From Solirubrobacteraceae bacterium (GTDB lineage: Bacteria > Bacteroidota > Bacteroidia > Flavobacteriales > Weeksellaceae): 30,010 nt of DNA. Each line of letters opens with the position of its first letter. Within the stretch, counting starts at the first letter, position 1. The stretch is from positions 1-30,010 of the forward strand of contig JBGSBU010000001.1 in assembly GCA_041730375.1 (NCBI GenBank). The letters are read 5' to 3'. Below are positions 9,471-20,272 of this stretch, piece by piece. The notes beneath the pieces are model-generated. The model worked only from the letters and a program-made list of their open reading frames with translations, ran no database searches and was not told the origin of the DNA. The position numbers were made by a program, and so were the translations under genes.

Positions 9471-9521
9471 ACCTATAGCAAATAGTTGAAATTCTAGAGA
9501 ACCATTTTAAAAACTAAAATC

Positions 9522-10295
9522 ATGGCATCAGCAGATAAAAATATAGACCTAACATTAAAGGTTTGGAGACAAAAAAATTCTAAAGAAAAAGGACAATTAG
9601 AAACCTATAAATTAGACAAAGTTTCTAAAGATAGCTCATTTCTTGAGATGTTAGACCAGTTAAACGAACAACTAATAAACGAGAAAAAAGCCCCAGTTTC
9701 TTTTGATCATGATTGTAGAGAGGGTATTTGTGGCATGTGTTCTTTGTATATAAATGGTAGACCGCATGGACCAGACTCTGGAACAACAACTTGTCAATTA
9801 CATATGAGGCATTTTAAAAATAACGAAACTATTTTTATTGAACCATGGCGTTCTGCTGCTTTTCCGGTTGTAAAAGATTTAGTTGTAGATAGAAGTGCTT
9901 TTGATAGAATTCAACAAGCCGGTGGTTTTATATCCATCTCAACTTCTGGTAATACAATTGATGCAAATACTATCCCAATTCCTAAAACTGACGCAGATTC
10001 AGCTTTTAATGCAGCAACCTGTATTGGCTGTGGAGCATGTGTTGCGGCTTGCACAAATGGTTCTGCCATGTTGTTCGTTGGTGCTAAAGTCTCTCAATTT
10101 GCTTTGTTGCCACAAGGTAAAGTTGAGGCTAAAAGAAGGGTTTTAAATATGGTTAAACAAATGGATTTAGAAGGCTTTGGTCATTGTACCAATACTGGTG
10201 CTTGCGAGGCGGAATGCCCTAAAGAAATTTCCCTAGAAAATATAGCTAGAATGAATAGAGAATATCTTTCTGCTACTATTAGTTCTGAGAATTAA
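9522..10295 (+). CDS. sdhB: Succinate dehydrogenase/fumarate reductase iron-sulfur subunit
   Basis: 257 aa with [10 protein letters not shown]...C (2Fe-2S), [11 protein letters not shown] and [12 protein letters not shown] clusters. Confidence 0.97.
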   Translation: MASADKNIDLTLKVWRQKNSKEKGQLETYKLDKVSKDSSFLEMLDQLNEQLINEKKAPVSFDHDCREGICGMCSLYINGRPHGPDSGTTTCQLHMRHFKNNETIFIEPWRSAAFPVVKDLVVDRSAFDRIQQAGGFISISTSGNTIDANTIPIPKTDADSAFNAATCIGCGACVAACTNGSAMLFVGAKVSQFALLPQGKVEAKRRVLNMVKQMDLEGFGHCTNTGACEAECPKEISLENIARMNREYLSATISSEN

Positions 10296-10311
10296 GATTT
10301 TTTTCTTAAAT

Positions 10312-10351
10312 AAAAAGGAGGCATGAATTTAAATTCATGCCTCCTTTTTTT
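10312..10351. terminator. Bidirectional intrinsic terminator between sdhB and the convergent desaturase gene
   Basis: AAAAAGGAGGCATGAATTT|AAATTCATGCCTCCTTTTT is a perfect inverted repeat with an A-run before and a 7-T run after, 16 nt downstream of the sdhB stop. Confidence 0.9.
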
Positions 10352-10671
10352 ATGTGGTTTAAAACTAGTTTGTTAAAGAATAACTAAATAAGGTAGTTTT
10401 AATTTTATAATCTAGCGGGGTTTATTTTTTATACTTTTTACTTGTTATAATATAATATTAAACCTATGGAGCGAATGGTTTTCTACTAAACTTAATTTAC
10501 ATTTTTATTGATATAAAAATTAATAAAATAAAAATATAGAATAAGTAAGATAAATTAAAACACACAATTAGCTATTTAAAGAAAAATACATGAGTTATTT
10601 AAAGGTTTAAAAAAAAAATAAGACAAAAGAATAATAATTTTAGTAAAATTTAAAAACAGCTAAATATATAA

Positions 10672-12024
10672 TTATACTTTGTAAGCCACTTGACTATTTT
10701 GAGTATAAAATAAATCTTCTTTCTTTTCTCCGAAAAAAATTATTGAAAAATAAATAGTTACACTAAAAGATATAATTAGGTATATAAATAGTAGAATTAG
10801 AAAATATAAAAAATAATCTGTTGTAATCATCCCTAATAAATTGATTTTATAAATCATAAACATTCCTAAAATAAATTGAGGCAACTCAAAGGCCCAACTC
10901 CATTTATTTCTATCCATAAAAAGTGTTAGTGAGTTAAAACATAATAAAATAAAAATACTTATTAAAACCGGATTAGAAACAAATTCAACTATTGGTTTTA
11001 ATGCAATAATTTCTTTTATGTAAACAAAGAAAAAGTAGTTTAATCCAACCAGAACAGAAAACATTAAAAAATTCCAATACCTTAACTCATTAGAATTATT
11101 TGGCTTATAAAAAAATTCTTCTTTATATAATTTAGGGTTCTTAATAGCCAAAATAGGGTATTTCTCTATTACATCATTAGGTCTCCAGCCTGTTGGCATA
11201 AACCAAATTCTTAATTTATCTAAATAATTATTTGTTCTAAAGGCATCTAATATTAATCTATAAAAATGATGAAGATTTAGAATTAAAGGATTGTACGATC
11301 TACTAGGTCTTGTGTCGCCAACTACAGGGTCAACTCCTTTAATGGAGGCTTGATAGGTGCCAAACATTCTATCCCATATAATTAATAAGGTTCCAAAATT
11401 TTTATCAATGTATTCTGTATTCATTGCATGATGTATCTTATGACTAGTGGGAGTAACAAGAATTTTTTCTAAAAAACCTAATCGACCAATAACCTCGGTG
11501 TGAGTCCAGAATTGTACTGTAGCATGCACAATAAGGATAATATAGTAGTCGGTTAGTGAAAAACCTAAAAAATATATAGGAATTAAAAATAAGGCTCTAA
11601 TAGAGGTTACTGAAATAAAATCGCTTCTTATACCTGTAGCGTAGTTAAATATTTCGCCAGAATGATGTATTCTATGATCATTCCAAAAAATATTAGAGGA
11701 ATGAGCCAATCTATGCCCCCAATAACCACAAAAATCTATAATTATAAATATTAAAACATAATGCCACCAAGCTAATGATTCTGTTTTTAAAAATCCAGAA
11801 CTTTGAAAAAAATCTGGAAAAGCAAGTAAGGTTAAATTAATTCCCACTACAGTTACAACCAAACTCATCATCTTGGAAATAATACTTGAACAAGATTCTT
11901 CAATATAAAACCAAACATCATCAATTTTATCTCTAGAGAAATATGCCTCTATTAGAATTATTAATCCATATATGGGAATAATATAAGCTAGTGAATATGC
12001 GTAAGTAAAATCAATGCCTTTCAT
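10672..12024 (-). CDS. Sterol desaturase / fatty acid hydroxylase superfamily membrane di-iron enzyme (alkylglycerol monooxygenase-like)
   Basis: 450 aa with His boxes HRLAH, HRIHH and HKIHH, the motif DKNFGTLLIIWDRMFGTY, and a hydrophobic C-terminal domain. Confidence 0.85.
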   Translation of the reverse strand: MKGIDFTYAYSLAYIIPIYGLIILIEAYFSRDKIDDVWFYIEESCSSIISKMMSLVVTVVGINLTLLAFPDFFQSSGFLKTESLAWWHYVLIFIIIDFCGYWGHRLAHSSNIFWNDHRIHHSGEIFNYATGIRSDFISVTSIRALFLIPIYFLGFSLTDYYIILIVHATVQFWTHTEVIGRLGFLEKILVTPTSHKIHHAMNTEYIDKNFGTLLIIWDRMFGTYQASIKGVDPVVGDTRPSRSYNPLILNLHHFYRLILDAFRTNNYLDKLRIWFMPTGWRPNDVIEKYPILAIKNPKLYKEEFFYKPNNSNELRYWNFLMFSVLVGLNYFFFVYIKEIIALKPIVEFVSNPVLISIFILLCFNSLTLFMDRNKWSWAFELPQFILGMFMIYKINLLGMITTDYFLYFLILLFIYLIISFSVTIYFSIIFFGEKKEDLFYTQNSQVAYKV

Positions 12025-12331
12025 TTAAAAAATAATTTAAAAATTATACTGTTATTAAAGGTAGTAAAAAAAATTATAATATAGAATGTACAACATACAA
12101 TTTATAATAGTAAAGATTTATTGTGGTTTTTTCTTGAAATGTTTGGTTTTGTTATTTTCGATAGAAAAAAAATCCTAAAATAATTAATAAATATGGCTAT
12201 TTTTTCTGCGTTTTTATTTGAGTATTGTAAACTACAATTGATGTAAAAAAGTAGTCTTTTATTTTTAGTCTTAAATACATTGTATTAAGAACCTAAAGAA
12301 GATAGATAATATTTTTTCTAAGCTTAGAAAA

Positions 12332-13645
12332 CTAACCCTTAAGAAAATTATAAATTTCTGAATTTTCTTTAAATTGTTTGAGTTTTGCCGTAATTCTGTC
12401 GAGTGCAAGGTTATGAATGCTGCCTATGTGCGTTGTTTTAAAATTCTTTTGGGGAGCAAAAGTATTATTTTCAACCTGCAGTCCTATTTCTTTATATGCG
12501 TCTCTGAAGGGAACGCCGCTTTGAATTTTTTGATTTATATTTTCAACCGTATAGATATTATTGTATTTAGGATCATCAATTTTATTTTCCACAACTTCTA
12601 GATTGTTAACCGCATGAATAGTTATTTCTATTACATCTAGAAGTTGTATAATGGGTTCAAAAAGTATTTCTTTTAATATTTGAAAATCTCTATGGTAACC
12701 ACTTGGCAAATTATTTATGGTTAAAATTAATGAATTAGGTAGGGCTTGAATTTTATTGCACTGAGCTCTTATTAATTCAAACACATCTGGATTTTTTTTA
12801 TGAGGCATTATACTAGAGCCTGTGGTAAATTCCTTTGGTAATTTTAAAAAACCAAATTCTTGGCCGTTATAAAGCACCATATCATAAGCAAACTTGCTAA
12901 GTGTACCTGCTAATTGTGCAATGGCAAAAGATAGTGCTTTTTCTGCCTTTCCTCTAAGCATTTGTGCACCAACAGAGCTAATTAAGGTATTGCTAAAATT
13001 TAATTCCTTTGTAGTAAAGTCTCTATCAATAGGGAAACTTGTACCAAAACCTGCAGCAGAGCCTAACGGATTTTGATCGATGGTTTTAAATACGCCTTCT
13101 AACAAGTACAAATCTAAAATAAGTTGTTCGGCATAGGCAGAAAAAAGCAATCCAAAGCTACTTGGCATTGCTGCCTGAAAATGTGTATAGCCTGGTAATA
13201 GGTCTGCTTTATGTTTTTCGGCTTTTTTTATAAAAACATCAAAAAGATCTTCTACTAGTTGTGTTAATTTTTTGCAATAATCTTTGTAGAAAAGTAACAA
13301 GGCGGTTAAAACTTGGTCGTTTCTAGACCGTGCAGTATGTATTTTCTTACCTGCTTCGCCACACTTTATAGTTAAATAATGCTCTATTTTAGAATGTATA
13401 TCTTCGAATTCCTCTTCAATTATAAAATTTCCTTCATTTATTTCTTTCAACAAGTCTGTTAAAGCATTGTTAAGACTTATGCTTTCTTCGGTTGATATTA
13501 AACCAACTTTTGCAAGCATTTTAGATTGAGCCAAATTGCCTAACACATCGTACTTAGCAATGTAGATGTCTAATTCTCTATCTTTTCCAATAGTAAATTT
13601 GTCTATTTTTTCGTTTACTGTATAACCTTTATCCCAGAGTTTCAT
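12332..13645 (-). CDS. argH: Argininosuccinate lyase
   Basis: 437 aa with MKLWDKG, EDIHSKIE, HTARSRNDQV, PGYTHFQ and the fumarase-superfamily signature TGSSIMPHKKNPD. Confidence 0.95.
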   Translation of the reverse strand: MKLWDKGYTVNEKIDKFTIGKDRELDIYIAKYDVLGNLAQSKMLAKVGLISTEESISLNNALTDLLKEINEGNFIIEEEFEDIHSKIEHYLTIKCGEAGKKIHTARSRNDQVLTALLLFYKDYCKKLTQLVEDLFDVFIKKAEKHKADLLPGYTHFQAAMPSSFGLLFSAYAEQLILDLYLLEGVFKTIDQNPLGSAAGFGTSFPIDRDFTTKELNFSNTLISSVGAQMLRGKAEKALSFAIAQLAGTLSKFAYDMVLYNGQEFGFLKLPKEFTTGSSIMPHKKNPDVFELIRAQCNKIQALPNSLILTINNLPSGYHRDFQILKEILFEPIIQLLDVIEITIHAVNNLEVVENKIDDPKYNNIYTVENINQKIQSGVPFRDAYKEIGLQVENNTFAPQKNFKTTHIGSIHNLALDRITAKLKQFKENSEIYNFLKG

Positions 13646-13734
13646 CTATATAAAAAAATAAAAATACTATAATTAAATTAAAATGAATTAATTAGTGGGT
13701 ATTTTTTTAATAAATTTCGGGTAATTTTACTTAA

Positions 13735-15666
13735 ATGATTTCAAAAGATACCATAGATTTAATTTTTGATGCTACACGTGTAGAGGAAGTAATAGGCGAA
13801 TTTATACAGTTAAAAAAGTCTGGAAGTAATTTTAAAGGATTTAGTCCTTTTTCCGATGAAAAAAGCCCTTCGTTTATGGTTTCTCCTTCCAAACAAATCT
13901 GGAAAGATTTTTCTTCGGGAAAAGGAGGCAATGCGCTCACTTTTTTAATGGATCACGAACATTTTACCTACCCCGAGGCATTAAAATATTTAGCTAAAAA
14001 ATATAACATTGAGGTAATTGAGGATAAAGACGAAAATCCGGTTAATATTCTTTCTTCTCAAAAAAAGGAAAATTTATTTGTTATTACAGATTTTGCCAAA
14101 AAATATTTTAACAACCAATTAATAGAAACAGAAGAGGGTAAGAACATTGGATTATCGTACTTTAAAGAAAGAGGTTTTACAGAAGCCTCTATTGCAATGT
14201 TTGAACTAGGTTATTCGCCTAAAGAAAATAATGCTTTTACTTCACAGGCTTTAAAAAAAGGCTATACAAAAGAAAATTTAGAAGAAGCTGGCTTAAGTAT
14301 TTTTAGAGAAAATTGGAGCGTAGACCGATTTAAAGAGAGGGTTATTTTCCCCATCCATAGTTTTACAGGAAAGGTATTTGGTTTTGGAGGAAGAGTTTTA
14401 AAAACCACAGATAAAACAGCAAAATACATTAATTCGCCAGAGAGTTTAATTTATAACAAAAGCGAGGTTTTATACGGAGTATACCAAGCAAAACAAACCA
14501 TAATTAAAGAAGATTTATGTGTTTTGGTAGAGGGCTACACAGATGTAATTTCTCTGCACCAAAATGGTATAAAAAACGCAGTTGCCTCATCCGGCACCTC
14601 TTTAACCAACCAACAGATTAGAATTATAAAAAGACTTACTAATAATTTAGTAATAATTTATGATGGAGACAACGCTGGCATTAAGGCCTCTTTAAGAGGT
14701 ATTGATTTAATTTTACAGCAAGAATTAAACATAAAAATAGTTTTATTACCCGAGGGAGAAGACCCAGATTCGTTTTCTAAAGACCGATCAACGATAGAAA
14801 TACAAGACTTTATTAAAGAAAATGCAGTAGATTTTATCTCTTTTAAAGCTAAAGTTCTACTAAGCGAATCAAAAGACGATTTCGTTAAAAAAGCCGAAGT
14901 TGTGCAACAAATAATTGAAAGCATTGCTTTAATTCCCAATTTAATTAAACAAGAGTTTTACGTTAAACAATGTGCTGTTTTATTGCAGGTTAGAGAAGAA
15001 ATTTTATTTAAACAATTAACCCAGTTTACCAAACAAACCAGTAACGCAAAAAACACCTCAAGAAACAACAAATATTCAGAGGAAAACAAACCTATATTAT
15101 CCATTGCAGAAAAATCAATTCTGCTTGATCCTATTTTAATTTTAGAAGAAAAATTGGTACAATTAATGTTAGAAAGTGGCGGCACGGTAATTGAAGTTAA
15201 AGATTTAGAAAACAGCGAAAATAATTATAGCGCAACGGTTATTGAGGAAATAATAAATCAACTTTCATCCGAAGAATTAGAATTAACCAATCCTTTTTAT
15301 AACAGAATTTATACATTAATTAAAGAGGGTTTTAACAAAGAAGAGCTAAGAACCGGAAACTTTTTTTTAAGACTAATGGATGAAGAAATCACCAATAAAA
15401 CCTCTTCTCTTTTAATAAATAAACACGAATTAAACAATTGGATAAAGAAAGACGTACATGTTCCATTGAAAGACGAAAACCTATCTAAAGAAACCATGGA
15501 TATTTTACTTAGATACAAAGTAAAAATAATAGATAAATTAATTAAAACCATTTCTTTAGAATTAAAACTAATTGCTGATGAAGAAAGAAACAGTATATTA
15601 AAAAAAATTATTAGGTTAAACACTTTAATGAAAGGGTTAGAAAAACAACTTAATAAAGAAGTGTAA
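13735..15666 (+). CDS. dnaG: DNA primase
   Basis: 643 aa with DRFKERVIFPI, FGGRVL, KYINSPES and Toprim motifs VEGYTDV, YDGDNAG and GEDPDS. Confidence 0.96.
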   Translation: MISKDTIDLIFDATRVEEVIGEFIQLKKSGSNFKGFSPFSDEKSPSFMVSPSKQIWKDFSSGKGGNALTFLMDHEHFTYPEALKYLAKKYNIEVIEDKDENPVNILSSQKKENLFVITDFAKKYFNNQLIETEEGKNIGLSYFKERGFTEASIAMFELGYSPKENNAFTSQALKKGYTKENLEEAGLSIFRENWSVDRFKERVIFPIHSFTGKVFGFGGRVLKTTDKTAKYINSPESLIYNKSEVLYGVYQAKQTIIKEDLCVLVEGYTDVISLHQNGIKNAVASSGTSLTNQQIRIIKRLTNNLVIIYDGDNAGIKASLRGIDLILQQELNIKIVLLPEGEDPDSFSKDRSTIEIQDFIKENAVDFISFKAKVLLSESKDDFVKKAEVVQQIIESIALIPNLIKQEFYVKQCAVLLQVREEILFKQLTQFTKQTSNAKNTSRNNKYSEENKPILSIAEKSILLDPILILEEKLVQLMLESGGTVIEVKDLENSENNYSATVIEEIINQLSSEELELTNPFYNRIYTLIKEGFNKEELRTGNFFLRLMDEEITNKTSSLLINKHELNNWIKKDVHVPLKDENLSKETMDILLRYKVKIIDKLIKTISLELKLIADEERNSILKKIIRLNTLMKGLEKQLNKEV

Positions 15667-15749
15667 TGGAATAAGTTGTTTGCTATAGACGCAACCAGCA
15701 TTATTAATAATATAGCCAATCATAAATTTTTAATAGGAAAATTAAGTCT

Positions 15750-15757
15750 TATATTTG
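15750..15757 (+). promoter_or_regulatory. -7 promoter element for gyrB-purA
   Basis: TATATTTG ends 38 nt before the gyrB ATG. Confidence 0.55.
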
Positions 15758-15774
15758 TTACTTGCTTTTTGTAA

Positions 15775-17727
<1,953 letters not shown>

Positions 17728-17761
17728 CTTAAATCTTTAATTTTAAAAACGCGTAGAAAAT

Positions 17762-19048
17762 ATGTCAACATATGTTGTGGTTGGTTTGCAGTGGGGAGAT
17801 GAAGGGAAAGGAAAAATTACAGATGTATTATCATCTAAGTCAGATTATGTAGTTCGTTATCAAGGAGGGAATAACGCGGGGCATACAGTTTATGCTGGAA
17901 AAGATAAATTTGTACTACACCTTTTACCTTCTGGCGTTTTACAATCTAAAGGTAAATGTTTTATTGCAAACGGAGTAGTAGTAGATCCGCAAGCTTTTTT
18001 CGAGGAAATAAAAGAATTAGAAAATAAAAACCAACGAACCAATCACGTTTTTATAAGTAGAAGAGCACATATTATTATGCCTTATCATATTTTGTATGAT
18101 GCTTATAGAGAGGAATCAGCAGGAGATGACAAAATTGGTACTACCAAAAGAGGAATTGGCCCTTGCTACGAAGATAAAGTAGCTAGAATGGGTATAAGGG
18201 CAGTAGATTTATTAAATCCTGATATTTTAAGCGACAAGATTAGAAAAAATCTAGAAATAAAAAATGCCATCTTCGAAAAGCTTTATAATAAGCCACCATT
18301 AGACCACAAAGAAATTTTAGCTCAATATTTAGCATATGGCGAAAAACTAAAAAATAGAATTGTTGATACAGAAATAGAACTAAACGAAGCAATAGACAAC
18401 GGTAAAACTGTTTTATTTGAAGGAGCACAAGCACTAATGCTCGATGTAGATTTCGGAACCTACCCTTATGTAACCTCTTCCTCTCCCTCAACAGGTGGGG
18501 TTTGTATTGGAGCAGGAATACCACCTACTAAGCTTAAAAACCTAATTGGGGTTGCAAAAGCCTACTGCACAAGAGTAGGAAACGGACCTTTTTTAACTGA
18601 ACAGGAAAACGAAGCAGGAGAAAGAATTAGAAAAATTGGATTTGAATTTGGAGCCACTACCGGCAGACCAAGAAGATGTGGTTGGTTAGATTTAGTTGCA
18701 CTTAAACACGCCTGTTTAATAAACGGAATTAATAATTTGGTAATCACAAAACTAGATGTGTTAAGCGGCTTTAAAACCATACAAATTTGTACTGGTTATA
18801 AAAAAGAAGACGGAGAAATTATTACTTATTTTAGCGCATCAACAGAAAAACTAAATACTTACACTCCTGTTTATGAAGAGTTGCCAGGATGGGATGAAGA
18901 TATTTCTGGCGCCAAAAGTTTCGACGAGTTACCAGAAACAGCCAAGAACTATTTAAAATTTATTGAAAACTATCTAAAACTAGATATTTATTTAGTGAGC
19001 GTGGGTCCAGAAAGAAACCAAAATATAATTAGAAAAGAATTGTTTTAA
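17762..19048 (+). CDS. purA: Adenylosuccinate synthetase
   Basis: 428 aa with QWGDEGKGK, GGNNAGHT, GTTKRGIGP and GATTGRPRRCGW. Confidence 0.97.
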   Translation: MSTYVVVGLQWGDEGKGKITDVLSSKSDYVVRYQGGNNAGHTVYAGKDKFVLHLLPSGVLQSKGKCFIANGVVVDPQAFFEEIKELENKNQRTNHVFISRRAHIIMPYHILYDAYREESAGDDKIGTTKRGIGPCYEDKVARMGIRAVDLLNPDILSDKIRKNLEIKNAIFEKLYNKPPLDHKEILAQYLAYGEKLKNRIVDTEIELNEAIDNGKTVLFEGAQALMLDVDFGTYPYVTSSSPSTGGVCIGAGIPPTKLKNLIGVAKAYCTRVGNGPFLTEQENEAGERIRKIGFEFGATTGRPRRCGWLDLVALKHACLINGINNLVITKLDVLSGFKTIQICTGYKKEDGEIITYFSASTEKLNTYTPVYEELPGWDEDISGAKSFDELPETAKNYLKFIENYLKLDIYLVSVGPERNQNIIRKELF

Positions 19049-19054
19049 GATGAT

Positions 19055-20080
19055 TTATTTTTTTAAAATATAATTTCTAGCAGGTTTTTCAATTAAAAAA
19101 TAACTAAAAAAAGAAACAATTATTAAGGTAGTTAGTTTAATGTAAAAAGGAATGGTTAAACCCAAATCTTGTTTAAATAAAACATTTAATCTTTCGTTGT
19201 TTAAAAATACCCCAATAGGATACTGATACAAGTATAATCCATAAGTTAAATGACCTAAAACAACAAATAATTTTTTCGAAAAAAATTCTGTTATTTTATC
19301 TGTGCTAGTAGATAATAAAATAATTAGAACCGCAAAAATAATGGCAAAAAGTCCGTTATTAGAATACCTTCCAAAATCAAAATACAATAAAATAAGCAGT
19401 AGTAGCAATAAAGAAAATATTTTTAAGCCATTATTATTTTTATAATAACTAAACTTATTTAAAAACACTAAGCCAGTTAAGTTTCCTATTAAAAATTCGT
19501 TTAAATGAAAAATGGGTAAATAAAAAATATCGCTAGAATTATAGTAAGGTAAATTTATTTTTCTTGTAATAACTAGGTAAAAAATAATTTGACTGATTAG
19601 CCAAAAAGTTAATATAGAAAAGGCTACAGAATTTAATTTATATTTTTTATAAACATAAATTAAAAAAGGAAAAAGTAAATAGAAAAAAACCTCTACAGAA
19701 ACCGTCCAGCTGTGTACATTAAAAGCCGTTCCTTTTCCTGGAATCCATGCATGAATAAGCGAAATTACTAGAAAAAAATCTACAGTTAGCTTTTTGAACC
19801 ACGAAGCAATTAAAACCAACAAGGCAATAAAAATAAAGGTGGGATAGATTCTTGCAAATCTATTTTTAAAAAACTGAAAAAGTGTAATTTCTTTATTGTA
19901 ATAAGCTATAATTAAAACAAAACCAGAAAGAACAAAGAAATAACTCATTGTAATATTCATTTGCATAAGAATAGGAAAAATTTCCTTTAGATTAAAAGGG
20001 AAACTTAATCTTCCATAATGGAATGCTACTATTAAAATTGCAGTTACAAACCTGGTAAAGGTTAAGATTTTTATATTCAC
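19055..20080 (-). CDS. Acyltransferase family 3 (OafA/YrhL-like O-acyltransferase)
   Basis: Polytopic membrane protein with LTFTRF...FHY, YFFVLSGF, RFARIYP, WTVSVEVFFY and LIEKP. A GTG start at 20080 fits the family N-terminus better than the ORF-track ATG at 20173, but the start is uncertain. Confidence 0.82.
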   Translation of the reverse strand: MNIKILTFTRFVTAILIVAFHYGRLSFPFNLKEIFPILMQMNITMSYFFVLSGFVLIIAYYNKEITLFQFFKNRFARIYPTFIFIALLVLIASWFKKLTVDFFLVISLIHAWIPGKGTAFNVHSWTVSVEVFFYLLFPFLIYVYKKYKLNSVAFSILTFWLISQIIFYLVITRKINLPYYNSSDIFYLPIFHLNEFLIGNLTGLVFLNKFSYYKNNNGLKIFSLLLLLLILLYFDFGRYSNNGLFAIIFAVLIILLSTSTDKITEFFSKKLFVVLGHLTYGLYLYQYPIGVFLNNERLNVLFKQDLGLTIPFYIKLTTLIIVSFFSYFLIEKPARNYILKK

Positions 20081-20215
20081 TTGATAAAAGAGTCTGGTAT
20101 GTTTTTCTAAAAGTAAAAAAAACAATTTATTTATAACAAGTTTTATACACTTAAATAAATTGTTTAATTGCATTAATATAAGTTGAAAATGATGATAAAA
20201 AAATACTAGAAATGC

Positions 20216-20244
20216 GTCAAATTGTCATAAGTTATTTATATTTG
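20216..20244 (+). promoter_or_regulatory. miaB-operon promoter: -7 element TATATTTG (20237-20244) with an upstream GTCA-AATT-GTCA direct repeat (20216-20227)
   Basis: The -7 consensus ends 28 nt before the miaB ATG. The repeat lies just upstream, near the expected -33 region. Confidence 0.5.
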
Positions 20245-20272
20245 TTAAAAATAAAATGTGCTTTAATTACAA

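Noticed and set aside
10352-10671. Long AT-rich spacers (also 50-252 and 12025-12331) as ncRNAs, arrays or gene remnants
   Set aside because: I found no regular repeats, stable GC stems or recognisable reading-frame remnants. A covariance-model search would be needed to exclude small RNAs.
20081-20173. Long N-terminal extension of the acyltransferase from ATG 20173
   Set aside because: The first 31 residues do not resemble the family N-terminus. GTG 20080 gives the expected start before LTFTRF. This is not proven.
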